DNA of 64,000 nucleotides from Nitrospinaceae bacterium (GTDB lineage: Bacteria > Nitrospinota > Nitrospinia > Nitrospinales > VA-1), in assembly GCA_029261595.1 (NCBI GenBank), contig JAJDAZ010000044.1, forward strand, positions 31,377-95,376. The letters run 5' to 3'. How positions within the stretch are numbered: position 1 is the first letter of the stretch; each line of letters begins with the position of its first letter. Positions 47,525 through 56,737 of the stretch are shown here, one piece after another. A program made the translations under genes and the position numbers. Below the pieces are notes generated by a model. It was not told where the DNA came from, did no database searches, and saw only the letters and a program-made list of their open reading frames with translations.

Positions 47525-48307
47525 ATGCACCCCATCCTTTTAGAATTTGGTTTCATCAAAATTTTCACCTACGGCCTTTTGGTGGCGTCGGGTTTTTTTA
47601 CCGCAATTCTCCTGGCCTCCCATCAGGGAAAAAAGGAAGGTCTGGACCCGCAGAAAATAATCGACCTCTGCTTTTACCTGCTGGTTGCATCGTTGCTTGG
47701 GGCCCGATTGATGTATGTCGTTGTGGAGTATAAATATTTTATCGCCCACCCTCTGGAAATGTTTAAATTCTGGAAGGGCGGTCTGGTTTATTACGGCGGT
47801 TTGATTCTCGGCATGATCGTGGCGGTGCTGTATATGAAAAGGAAGGCGCTGCCCGTCTGGAAGGTCGCGGACATTCTGGCTCCTTCGATAGCCATCGGTC
47901 AGGCCATTGGCCGGTGGGGTTGTTTTTTTGCCGGTTGTTGTTACGGGGTGAAAACCGATGTCCCCTGGGCCATTGTGTTCACCGACCCCAATTCTCTGGC
48001 GCCTTTGGGGATTCCTTTGCACCCCACGCAGATTTATCTTTCGATCAACGCGCTGGTTATTTTTTCCATCCTGATCTGGCTGAGGAAACGCAAATCGTTT
48101 GACGGTCAAATCATCTGGGCTTATGGTGTCCTGTATTCGATTGGCCGGTTCGTCATCGAATATTTGCGCGGAGACGACCGAGGTTATGCGGTCGAGAGTT
48201 TGTTTTCAACCTCCCAATTCATCGGCATCATCTTTTTCGGGATTTCCGTATTCATGTTTATCAGCATGGGCAAAAACCGAACCGGGTCCTCCCTTTCTCC
48301 AAAATGA
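47525..48307 (+). CDS. lgt: phosphatidylglycerol--prolipoprotein diacylglyceryl transferase
   Basis: FKFWKGGLVYYGG, GRWGCFFAGCCYG and HPTQIY motifs. Confidence 0.9.
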   Translation: MHPILLEFGFIKIFTYGLLVASGFFTAILLASHQGKKEGLDPQKIIDLCFYLLVASLLGARLMYVVVEYKYFIAHPLEMFKFWKGGLVYYGGLILGMIVAVLYMKRKALPVWKVADILAPSIAIGQAIGRWGCFFAGCCYGVKTDVPWAIVFTDPNSLAPLGIPLHPTQIYLSINALVIFSILIWLRKRKSFDGQIIWAYGVLYSIGRFVIEYLRGDDRGYAVESLFSTSQFIGIIFFGISVFMFISMGKNRTGSSLSPK

Positions 48308-48705
48308 GCGAAGGCGAGAGTACCTTCCGGCCTTTATTCACGGTGATGATCCGACGTGGGGATAAAGTGGTCAAGGGGATTCCCACCAAAATGCTCGTCC
48401 CGTATATTGAAGGCAAGAAATTGTTACGGACGGATTCGATATCCGGGGATGGTGTCAAATGGACCCGGTTGGATCTGCATTTCCAGCTTGCCCGGTATTT
48501 TAAAGATGAAACCTCTCCAGAAGTTCTTCCAGATGCTCCATCCCCCTTCCCCCAGGACGATGATGACACGGAGCTTTCGGTGGATTCCCTCAACTCGGTT
48601 CAATCTTCGGAAGACGAGGAACCCGCCGCCCCACCTCCTCAATACTCAAAATTTGAAAATCAATTGAACCAGATGGCGGAAATGCTGAAGGATTTGAACA
48701 AATAA
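48304..48705 (+). CDS. hypothetical protein (possible GYF_2-like N-terminal fold, acidic disordered C-terminus)
   Basis: ATGA overlap with the lgt stop suggests translational coupling. No diagnostic motif recognised. Confidence 0.5.
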   Translation: MSEGESTFRPLFTVMIRRGDKVVKGIPTKMLVPYIEGKKLLRTDSISGDGVKWTRLDLHFQLARYFKDETSPEVLPDAPSPFPQDDDDTELSVDSLNSVQSSEDEEPAAPPPQYSKFENQLNQMAEMLKDLNK

Positions 48706-48727
48706 CTGTTCCTGATTTTTGGGACTG

Positions 48728-49048
48728 CTAGAAGGGATGTCCGTCTGTTGATTTGAAGGCGATGACATGGTGTTCGCCGAAGTCCAGAGGTTTCACCGTT
48801 TTTGGGTAAAGATATTCGACGAAACGTTTTGAGGCGGGGGAACTCTGATGGACGGCCAAAGCGGCCTCATCTTTAAAAATTATGGTGTGATGAAAACTCA
48901 TGGGGTCCAGAATGTCCTGCTTGGCCAGGTAAAATAATATGCCGGGTTCGTTATCTTTTACGTAATCCACCAGATCGTTGATGACTTTCTTGCACTCTTT
49001 GCTGAATTCGGGGCGCACCTGATACCGCGCTGTTATGCAAATGGGCAT
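48728..49048 (-). CDS. antibiotic-biosynthesis-monooxygenase (ABM) domain protein
   Basis: ~100-aa ferredoxin-like pattern (ITARYQVRPE...FKDEAALAVHQSSPASKRF). Low specificity. Confidence 0.55.
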   Translation of the reverse strand: MPICITARYQVRPEFSKECKKVINDLVDYVKDNEPGILFYLAKQDILDPMSFHHTIIFKDEAALAVHQSSPASKRFVEYLYPKTVKPLDFGEHHVIAFKSTDGHPF

Positions 49049-49231
49049 GAAGTCAATCTCCTGGAATGGAAGAAAGCCAAGAGCGGGCTTGAGGAATGGG
49101 TCTGCCAGGGGGTAGTAATCGAGCTGATTTTACCCTGACTTATTGGGGTGATTCGCGAACGCAGAAAAATCATTTGGTCCGGGAGTGGCGATTCATCCCT
49201 CCGCAACTTAAACAACTAATAGTTGCTTTAA

Positions 49232-49432
49232 TTATTTAGCCACCACGTTTTCAGCTTGTGGACCTTTGGGCCCTGCGGTGACTTCAAACTCAACCGCCTG
49301 TCCTTCGGCCAGGGTTTTGAATCCCTCTCCTTGAATAGCCGAAAAATGTACGAATACATCCTGTCCATCTTCTGACTCAATGAACCCATACCCTTTTTGA
49401 TCGCTGAACCATTTAACTTTTCCACTAGCCAT
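49232..49432 (-). CDS. cspA: cold-shock protein (CspA family)
   Basis: [18 protein letters not shown] (RNP1) and DVFVHFSAI (RNP2). 66 aa. Confidence 0.95.
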   Translation of the reverse strand: MASGKVKWFSDQKGYGFIESEDGQDVFVHFSAIQGEGFKTLAEGQAVEFEVTAGPKGPQAENVVAK

Positions 49433-49466
49433 GAGTCTATTCCTTAAATGATGTATAAACCGTAAT

Positions 49467-49496
49467 CTGATAGCACAGGTTTTGGAGCTCTGTCAA
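49467..49496 (-). promoter_or_regulatory. possible sigma-70 promoter of cspA
   Basis: The minus strand reads TTGACA (49496-49491), an 18-nt spacer, then TATCAG (49472-49467), ~35 nt upstream of the ATG. Confidence 0.3.
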
Positions 49497-49573
49497 GTTT
49501 ATTAATCTGAGGTTTCAATCGCCGGAGCGCACGGGCAAAAAGGTTATAATCAATCGTAAAAATTTACCAGGAA

Positions 49574-50140
49574 ATGCCAATGGAAAATTTGTCCGGGAAA
49601 AATATTCTGATCGTCATTCCTCGAAATCAATTTGACGAAGATGAATTATTTGGAACGCGTGGGCCGCTGGAATCGGCTGGCGCCAGAGTCGTTGTTCTTT
49701 CCCCCAGCGGGCAGGAAGCGGTTGGGATGAATAAGACGCGGTTCCAGCCGCATGGAATGCTCATCGACTGGAACAAGCAGGAAGGGGTGTTCGGTAAATA
49801 CCATGCGGTTTTGCTGGTCGGTGGAAAGGGGGCGCCCAAATCACTCTGGCAGGATTCCATCCTGCCGCAAATTTTAACCGATCATTATCGTGCCGGGAAG
49901 GTTGTCGGCGCGATCGGACTTTCGGTGGTGGTGCTTGCCATGACTTCTTTTTTAATTCAGAAAGCGGCCTCCGGTCCGCATGACGAGAGGGTTTTGCAGG
50001 CACTGGAGGAAGGTTCCTCTTATCATTCAAGTGAACCCATGACTTGCGAAGATAATATTATCACCGCCAGTGGAGGAGAAGCGGCCAATGAGTTTGCTCA
50101 GGCGGTGAAGGCGGTTTTGACGGACGAGACCGCATCCTGA
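49574..50140 (+). CDS. DJ-1/PfpI-fold protein lacking the nucleophile cysteine
   Basis: The fold pattern matches (ILIVIPRNQFDEDEL..., HAVLLVGG). However, the nucleophile-elbow position reads GAIGLS where the family has AIC. Confidence 0.55.
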   Translation: MPMENLSGKNILIVIPRNQFDEDELFGTRGPLESAGARVVVLSPSGQEAVGMNKTRFQPHGMLIDWNKQEGVFGKYHAVLLVGGKGAPKSLWQDSILPQILTDHYRAGKVVGAIGLSVVVLAMTSFLIQKAASGPHDERVLQALEEGSSYHSSEPMTCEDNIITASGGEAANEFAQAVKAVLTDETAS

Positions 50141-50190
50141 GGTTTACAGGTGTAAAAAATCTGGATTTTTTGAGGTTTTTCCAGGAAAGT

Positions 50191-50928
50191 TCAGGTGGGT
50201 TCGAAATCGATCATTTCATAGATCTGGAAAACCTTTTTTGAGTAACGCCTGGGCTGATATCCACTCTTTAGATATTTTGCTAATTTTGTGGGCCCATGAT
50301 TATAAGCTTCCAGCGCTAAATTTAAATCTCCGAAACGGTTATGCAATTTGTTCAGGTAAAAAGTGCCGAGAGCGATATTGATTTTAGGGTTGTATAGAGT
50401 CGGCTTACCTTTCCATTCCATTTTCTTTTCCGTCGCCAGCGCCACCCCGGTTCGAGGAACAATCTGCATGAGACCAATCGCCCCTTTATGGGACCGGGCT
50501 TTTCTGTCGAATGAGCTTTCAGTGATGATTAACGCCGTCAGGAACATGGGGTCGTAATCATAGTTTTTACTTTCGGCCAGAATACTTTTTGATATTTCCT
50601 GAATGTGTTCCGGGCTCATCCTGGCCCGGTAGTCTGTGATGACCTGGCGGATTTTCTCCTGGACTTGTTTTTCGTAGTTTTGCTGAAACTTCAGCGCGAC
50701 TTCTCTTTCCCTGATGATTCTTTGGCGTTCCGCCTCTTGAGCCGCAAGAAATTCCTGTCTGGCTGTTTCCTCTTTATGGATAAACACGGTTTCTTCAAAC
50801 TTCACCGCCGCCAGATGATACGGAGAAAGCCCCATCATGAACCGGGGAGATTCACCCACAGAAAAACCGGAAAATATCAAGGTGATAAAAACCGGGAAAA
50901 TAAATTTTACCTGCTTCGACTTGAACAT
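50191..50928 (-). CDS. soluble lytic transglycosylase (SLT domain) protein
   Basis: ITESSFDRKARSHKGAIGLMQI catalytic-Glu motif and AYNHGP. The ATG at 50928 gives signal peptide MFKSKQVKFIFPVFITLIFSG; the track start is an upstream GTG. Confidence 0.8.
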   Translation of the reverse strand: MFKSKQVKFIFPVFITLIFSGFSVGESPRFMMGLSPYHLAAVKFEETVFIHKEETARQEFLAAQEAERQRIIREREVALKFQQNYEKQVQEKIRQVITDYRARMSPEHIQEISKSILAESKNYDYDPMFLTALIITESSFDRKARSHKGAIGLMQIVPRTGVALATEKKMEWKGKPTLYNPKINIALGTFYLNKLHNRFGDLNLALEAYNHGPTKLAKYLKSGYQPRRYSKKVFQIYEMIDFEPT

Positions 50929-51348
50929 GCTGAGTCCGATGCCTTTTGTTCTGGATGTCTGATGTTGACCGGTCCATGTTGACCCGGTTGATTCCACAAA
51001 TCCTCAAAGGGGAATCCGAGGATCGGATCAGAGTGCCGAAATTTCATCAACAAAGCGTCAAGCCTTTGTTACGGTTTGGTCACGATTGGCAGAATTAAAA
51101 ACAGGGGAGGGCCACAAAAACGTCATCAAGAATATATTGCGTTCTGGGCTAATAACTGCGAGGGAGGGGGGAATTCCTTTGCGGCAGGTTGGGTTCAGGG
51201 TGTTACAAAATTGTGACATGACCTCCATTCATTTGTAATTCGGCAATCCTATACTAGGCAGACTAATCAGACAGCGGCACAGGCATCCCCTTTTGCAAGT
51301 GTCATGAACAGGAAAACTAAGATCTCCTTTTTATGAAAGGCCGATACC

Positions 51349-51918
51349 ATGACCCTGATGAAAAAAAGCCAGAAAAGGATTGAATTTACGCATTCCAAAA
51401 TCATTTGTCATTCTGCTCCGCCGAAAAACTTCAGTTACAAAGATCTACAGGGAGAGAATTATATCGGCGCAAAATTGTATGAAAGCAATTTCAAGGGAGC
51501 CAATTTGAGTCAAGCAAGTCTGGTTTGCTCTGACTTAAGAAAATCCAACCTGAGATGGGCAAAGCTCAATAAAGCCAAATTGACCGGCGCCAACTTAGTC
51601 GATGCCGATCTCCGTGGGGCTCAACTCAATGGAGCGGAATTGATAAGCGCTAATCTGGTCCGGGCCGACATGAGGAATGCCTTTCTCATCGGAGCCAATT
51701 TGCGGATGGCCAAACTCACTCTGGCCGACTTGCAGGATGCCAATATGTGGGGCGCGGACCTGACAGGAGCCAATTTATGGGGCGCGAATCTCCAGGATGT
51801 GATGGGCTTGACTTGCGAGCAGTTGTCCTACACAATGATCGACCGGCAAACCAGGTTTCCCGATTACATAAATATCAATTGGCTTTCCAAGGAAAGATTT
51901 GAAATCACCAAGGGATAA
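51349..51918 (+). CDS. pentapeptide-repeat protein
   Basis: ~25 consecutive A(D/N)LxX pentads (ANLSQASLVCSDLRKSNLRWAKLNKAKLTGANLVDADLRGAQLNGAELISANL...). Confidence 0.85.
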   Translation: MTLMKKSQKRIEFTHSKIICHSAPPKNFSYKDLQGENYIGAKLYESNFKGANLSQASLVCSDLRKSNLRWAKLNKAKLTGANLVDADLRGAQLNGAELISANLVRADMRNAFLIGANLRMAKLTLADLQDANMWGADLTGANLWGANLQDVMGLTCEQLSYTMIDRQTRFPDYININWLSKERFEITKG

Positions 51919-52171
51919 ATTTTCAAGGCAACCCAGCTCATTCCCCTTTCCATAATGGGCGTCGCCTTACCGGGGGCACGATTCCATTGAGCGTTTGCCG
52001 AAAAAAAATTGACGTTTGGAAGTTTTAGCCATTGGCGGAAACTCAAGGCTTTTCCCGATCCCTCTGCCTGTAGAAAAATCCATCAATTGACAATTGCACT
52101 CCCCTGAAATACGCTAAAACAATGGGCCGAATGGGGTATCCCCATCCTGGTCTCCTGAACCCGGAGAGCGT

Positions 52172-52645
52172 ATGGGAAGAACCATGAGCAAAATGCAATT
52201 TCTTTGGAAACCGCTGTTGCGGGGTTTCTGTGTGGCCCTGCTGATTGTTTGCTCCGGATGCGGGTTCACCTCCCAACCTCCAAAAGATTGGAAACAGCGC
52301 AATATTGTCTATAAGAGCCTGGCCTCGGATACGGGAGTTGCCGGGTATTACGTTTCTTTCACCGAAAAGAAATTTTTAACTTTTGGACAATTCATAGCGG
52401 CGGTGGATGGCGACAGCCAATGGCGTGAAGGGGAAACAGATGTATGGATCATAACACTGCAAAAGTTCGACACATCCCTGGCGGATAACGGACCCGTTGA
52501 CATGTATTTCAGGAAAGAAGAAAGTCCATCCGGGAATGTCAATGTTCTGCTTTTTAAGGTGGTCACCAAAGATTACGAAATTCCCTGGGTTCTGCTGGAT
52601 CAAATTGTGATGAAAGCCGGCGAAAAAACCGTGAGTGAACTTTAA
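52172..52645 (+). CDS. hypothetical exported protein / possible lipoprotein
   Basis: The hydrophobic N-terminus ends in LLIVCSGC (non-canonical lipobox). No recognisable domain. Confidence 0.45.
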   Translation: MGRTMSKMQFLWKPLLRGFCVALLIVCSGCGFTSQPPKDWKQRNIVYKSLASDTGVAGYYVSFTEKKFLTFGQFIAAVDGDSQWREGETDVWIITLQKFDTSLADNGPVDMYFRKEESPSGNVNVLLFKVVTKDYEIPWVLLDQIVMKAGEKTVSEL

Positions 52646-52798
52646 ACTCCTGAAACAGACGTTCTCGGTCCCTCGTTCCAGAGTCCTTCCTGATCAGCCT
52701 CCATTATCAAAAGCGCCTGTTCATCTAATGCGGGATCGGTGAGACAGAAGAAAGAGTTGTGCGGCAACGGTCTTGATAAAACCGATGGATTTTACTCT

Positions 52799-53086
52799 TT
52801 AAAAGTTTTTCCAGCCTTTCAAACGCATGCAACTGTTAAATTCCATGATGATGAAGGGCCGGTTGTCGGTCTTCGGAATCTCTAACGGCGTCCTGGTGAA
52901 TTTCCCCGCCTGAGTCTGATGGGGAAACTTTTTTCTTGCCTGCAACCGGCAACGTTCCTCATCCATGTCATATTGGGCCTGATCGTATTTGCTCCCATCG
53001 ATTCGCTCGGGCAAACCCGACGCACACCCTGCAAGAAACAGGGTCAAGGTGACTCCCGCCAGAATTCTCCATTGTGTTGCTTTCAT
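52799..53086 (-). CDS. small hypothetical lipoprotein
   Basis: The internal ATG at 53086 gives MKATQWRILAGVTLTLFLAGC with a canonical L-A-G-C lipobox. Confidence 0.5.
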   Translation of the reverse strand: MKATQWRILAGVTLTLFLAGCASGLPERIDGSKYDQAQYDMDEERCRLQARKKFPHQTQAGKFTRTPLEIPKTDNRPFIIMEFNSCMRLKGWKNF

Positions 53087-53206
53087 ACAAGAAATTATAG
53101 CATCAAAAGAAAATCCGGAGTCCATTTCCGTCCTTGCGGAGCGATTAAATCATTGTTAGTCTCAATAAAAAAGCCATTCCAAATAAATTAGCGAGGGGGG
53201 GGGGAC

Positions 53207-55003
53207 ATGAAGAACTCAAGGCTGCCGAATTCGACGGGTTTTAGAATTTTGGTGTCATCCATGATGGTGCTGTTTTTTATCCAAATTGGAATTTTGACTT
53301 CATTTGCCGATGGTCTTGTCAAAAGAGCCCAGGAAATTATGGTGGAAAAGGGAATTGATCCGGGCCCCATTGATGGCATCTGGGGTCCCCTCACCCAGGG
53401 TGGGGTGATTGCGTTCCAAAAGAAGGAAGGACTGACCGTCAGCGGACGCCTGGACGACGCCACCAAAAAGCGCATGTTCTCTCCTCCAGAGGCGCCCTCA
53501 ACAGCTGAGAAAGTGGCTAAGGAATCTGCCCCACCGGAAAAGGTCCCGGCCAAAACCCCCGATCCGGTCGAAACGGTCCCGGTTGAAAAACCTGAAGAAA
53601 AGCCGGTAGCAAAAGAAATGGTAAAAGCCCCCGAACCTGTGGTTCCTCCTGTAAAGGCGCCTGAGATGGCTCCCGCGCCTGAGGCTAAAAAGGAAGTGTT
53701 AAGCAGTGCAGTGAAATCCTCCGGCCCCTGCCCCCAATCCAGGAAGACCAAATCGGCTCCCTCCAGCATTGCCAAAATAGACAAGACCGGCAACGCGAAT
53801 CTGGAAAACGGGAAAAAACTTTACACAAAAATGGCAAAACCCCTGGCCTGCAAACAATGTCATGGCGACAAGGGCAATGGACAGGGGAAACTGGGCGCAG
53901 TCCTGAAACCTCAGCCCAGAAATTTTACCTGCAAGGACACCATGAAAAAAGTCTCGGTCGGTCAGATGTTCTGGATCATCAAAAATGGATCTGCGGGATC
54001 AGGCATGGTGGCGCACAAGAAAACTCTCAAGGACAATGAGATCTGGGACTTGGTGAAATATATCCAGTCCACTTTTATGGGCGGAACGGCCTCGGCTGAA
54101 GCGTCTCCTGCCCCCACCAAAAGTGCGGCGGTCTTGGCTCCGATTCCCGATAAACCAGAACCCGCTAAAACGGTCGCGCCCGCAATGAAAAAGGAAGTTG
54201 CGGAAATATCCTCTGCACCGGCGAGAGCACAGGCGGGTGTCGGCAAACTTCCCAAGGGTGTTGCCGGAAAAGGCAAGTACGAAGAAGCCTCAGTGAGTGG
54301 CGGGGGATTGATCAGCGGTGTGATTCACTTCAGCGGGAAGGTTCCGGATCCGATTATGGAGGATTTGAATAAAGGAAAGAATGTGGAGTTTTGCGCGACC
54401 CATCCCGATACCCAGGCAGGCAATATCCGACCACGCGTTAAGGTGAGTGTTGCGGGCGGTAAGTTGAAAGACACCGTTGTGTTCATTCAAAATATTGAAA
54501 AAGGAAAAGCCTGGCCAACAGAGATCACTAATTTTGATTTTCAAACCTGTGATGTGTTCCCCAAGGTTTCGGTGGTCCGCAAAACCCCCAAGGGCGTGAA
54601 AAAGGGTTTGCTCTCCATCACCAACCAGGACGCGGAAATCCTGCACAATCCGCATGGGTATTCAGTGGCGGGCGCCAACCGGAAGACTCTGTTCAACAAA
54701 CCCCTGCCTTCAAAGGGGGATGTCGCGGACGTCACTAAAACGTTTAAACGGTTCAAGGTGAAAAAGGACAAGCATTTTTTCCTGCAATGCGATCAGCATA
54801 ATTTTATGGAAGCCGATGGCAGGGTGGTATGGAATCCTTATTATGCCATCAGCGGGGCGGACGGTACTTTTAAAATCGATCAAATTCCTGCCGGAAAATA
54901 CTGGGTGACCGCCTGGCATCCGTATGTGGGAGAGGTCAGCAAGGAAGTAACGGTGTCAGGAGGCTCTGATGCAAAAACGGACTTTGCTTTGATGGTAAAA
55001 TAG
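53207..55003 (+). CDS. tri-domain exported protein: peptidoglycan-binding domain + mono-haem cytochrome c + cupredoxin-like/CarboxypepD_reg-like C-terminal module
   Basis: Signal/anchor, then PG_binding_1-like GIDPGPIDGIWGPLTQGGVIAFQKKEGLTVSGRLD. A P/A/E/K linker follows, then CKQCHG with a downstream Met (SGMVAH). A second linker precedes the C-terminal HNPHG...LQCDQHNFM (C-x2-H-x2-M, amicyanin-like loop) and DGTFKIDQIPAGKYWVTAWHP. Confidence 0.7.
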   Translation: MKNSRLPNSTGFRILVSSMMVLFFIQIGILTSFADGLVKRAQEIMVEKGIDPGPIDGIWGPLTQGGVIAFQKKEGLTVSGRLDDATKKRMFSPPEAPSTAEKVAKESAPPEKVPAKTPDPVETVPVEKPEEKPVAKEMVKAPEPVVPPVKAPEMAPAPEAKKEVLSSAVKSSGPCPQSRKTKSAPSSIAKIDKTGNANLENGKKLYTKMAKPLACKQCHGDKGNGQGKLGAVLKPQPRNFTCKDTMKKVSVGQMFWIIKNGSAGSGMVAHKKTLKDNEIWDLVKYIQSTFMGGTASAEASPAPTKSAAVLAPIPDKPEPAKTVAPAMKKEVAEISSAPARAQAGVGKLPKGVAGKGKYEEASVSGGGLISGVIHFSGKVPDPIMEDLNKGKNVEFCATHPDTQAGNIRPRVKVSVAGGKLKDTVVFIQNIEKGKAWPTEITNFDFQTCDVFPKVSVVRKTPKGVKKGLLSITNQDAEILHNPHGYSVAGANRKTLFNKPLPSKGDVADVTKTFKRFKVKKDKHFFLQCDQHNFMEADGRVVWNPYYAISGADGTFKIDQIPAGKYWVTAWHPYVGEVSKEVTVSGGSDAKTDFALMVK

Positions 55004-55330
55004 GAACCATTGAAAAGCGCCGTGTTGTGATGAGCCTTCCCTTTGGGCAACAAAGGGAAGGCTTTTGCAATGAAGGGCAATGACCGATGGATTCGGTTTT
55101 TCTGAACCCTCCGATTAACCCACACCCACCTTGTTGATGTTCCGCCACCCCCTGGTTTAAAGCATATTTTGTTGGAAGTCGGTTTGTTCAGTCCGCACGA
55201 TTTTCAATGTGATTTAACTGTGACAATTCCTTGACAGTTTCTTAACACCCTCCCGATATCTTCAATTCACGGATAAAAAGGTTTAAATCGAGATGGTTGC
55301 CTACTACTTTCTATCAAGTGATTCAGAAAA

Positions 55331-56020
55331 ATGGATATTTTGAGAAAACTTGAAAAGACGCTGGAAGAAAGCGATCTTGAAAAGAGGATGACCGATGCGA
55401 ATTCGGTGAGTCTCATCAAGGATATGGGATTCATCGATGGACCTGGCCGGGTCGCCCCGGCCCTGATCAACAAACCGGTGGGATTCAGTCCGCAGAAATT
55501 CCTGCTGATCGTTGCCTGCATTTCTATTGGTGCGGTTCTTTCCTTCATGTTCTTGAACAAATCCAAAGCCGTCCATGAAGAGTTGAGGAAAATCATCGCC
55601 ACGGAAGATTTTGTGGAAATGTTGGTCGAAAGTGGTAACCTCGCGCAACTGAGTAGTTTCGATGGAGAAGATGGTCCCCCCGGAGAGAAGGGTGAACCCG
55701 GTCCTCCAGGCCCACCTGGACCACCAGGGCCTATGGGCGGAGTGAATCAGGGCGCATTCAAAGGTGTTTCGGGATGGGAACTTCTGGAAAGTGAAAGTTT
55801 TATGGTAGAGGCCGGAAATAGAATGACGGTCTCTAAGAGTTGCTCATCTGGAAAAATACTGCTTGGCGGGGGATATAATGTCGCAGAATGTACTCATTGT
55901 TCTGGAGTCACCAGCTATCCTTCCAGTAAAACCTCCTGGGAAGCGACATTGGACAATAAAATGAGCGATCAGTCCGCTAATTTAAAAGTCTACGTAATTT
56001 GCGCCGAGCCCACCCTCTAG
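55331..56020 (+). CDS. single-pass membrane protein with short collagen-like (G-X-Y)9 segment and Cys-containing C-terminal globular domain
   Basis: TM helix FLLIVACISIGAVLSFMFL. Nine consecutive G-X-Y triplets, GEDGPPGEKGEPGPPGPPGPPGPMGGV. The C-terminal ~90 aa have 4 Cys (SKSCSSGKILLGGGY...CTHC...VICAEP). Confidence 0.65.
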   Translation: MDILRKLEKTLEESDLEKRMTDANSVSLIKDMGFIDGPGRVAPALINKPVGFSPQKFLLIVACISIGAVLSFMFLNKSKAVHEELRKIIATEDFVEMLVESGNLAQLSSFDGEDGPPGEKGEPGPPGPPGPPGPMGGVNQGAFKGVSGWELLESESFMVEAGNRMTVSKSCSSGKILLGGGYNVAECTHCSGVTSYPSSKTSWEATLDNKMSDQSANLKVYVICAEPTL

Positions 56021-56050
56021 CAAAAAATATTTCCTCATCCTAATCCGCAT

Positions 56051-56093
56051 AAAAAAAGGAGTTAACCGAATTCGGCTAACTCCTTCTTTTATT
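56051..56093. terminator. bidirectional rho-independent terminator
   Basis: 13-bp stem AAGGAGTTAACCG/CGGCTAACTCCTT (one mismatch), loop AATT, flanked by A7 upstream and a T-rich tail downstream. It can terminate both the + strand gene and the - strand tRNA. Confidence 0.8.
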
Positions 56094-56170
<77 letters not shown>

Positions 56171-56410
56171 GTATAAATTTTCTAAAAAAACAATTAGTTA
56201 TGGAAACTTCACCAAGGGTATAACGATACGCTGACATTTGTCAAGTGGCTCTGTCCTGCAATGCATTTATACCAGAAAAGGCCAGCGTTTGGACGTTTTT
56301 CTCGAAGCTTAAGAGGGGAAAACGAAAGTAACACCAACTGGATATTTTTAGAATAAAAAAGCGGCTTCTATGGACGATTGATTTTCCATACAAGCCGCTG
56401 TTATATCGAA

Positions 56411-56737
56411 TTAAAGATTTGCGTTTTTGCGATCCGGATTTCTGAACAGTGAAGTTTCATTGGTCAACTCCTCCAGGCCTGGAAAGGCGTCCTCCGGATG
56501 AAGCTTCTTGGCCTTTTCCAATAATTCCTCTTCAGATTCCTTATTATCCTCGTCAGGGATACAGCAATCTACCGGGCAAACTTCCTGGCAGGCTTCTTCA
56601 CCGTGAAAGCCAACACACTCGGTACAGAGGTCAGCGTCGATTTCGTAGAAATCCTCTCCTTCGCTGATGGCTTCATTAGGACATTCCGGTTCACATACGC
56701 CACAGTTGATACATTCATCAGTGATTAGTGTTGACAT
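56411..56737 (-). CDS. 2x[4Fe-4S] ferredoxin (YfhL-like) with acidic C-terminal extension
   Basis: CINCGVCEPECP and C-x2-C...CQEVCPVDCC cluster motifs. Confidence 0.9.
   Translation of the reverse strand: MSTLITDECINCGVCEPECPNEAISEGEDFYEIDADLCTECVGFHGEEACQEVCPVDCCIPDEDNKESEEELLEKAKKLHPEDAFPGLEELTNETSLFRNPDRKNANL

Noticed and set aside
47540-48109. 189-aa minus-strand ORF
   Set aside because: It is antisense to lgt, whose motifs are unambiguous. No RBS or motif support.
53188-53793. 201-aa minus-strand ORF rich in G/S/T/A
   Set aside because: It is antisense to the Pro/Ala/Glu/Lys linker of the 53207-55003 gene. Low-complexity coding regions generate long open antisense frames. It has no independent start context.
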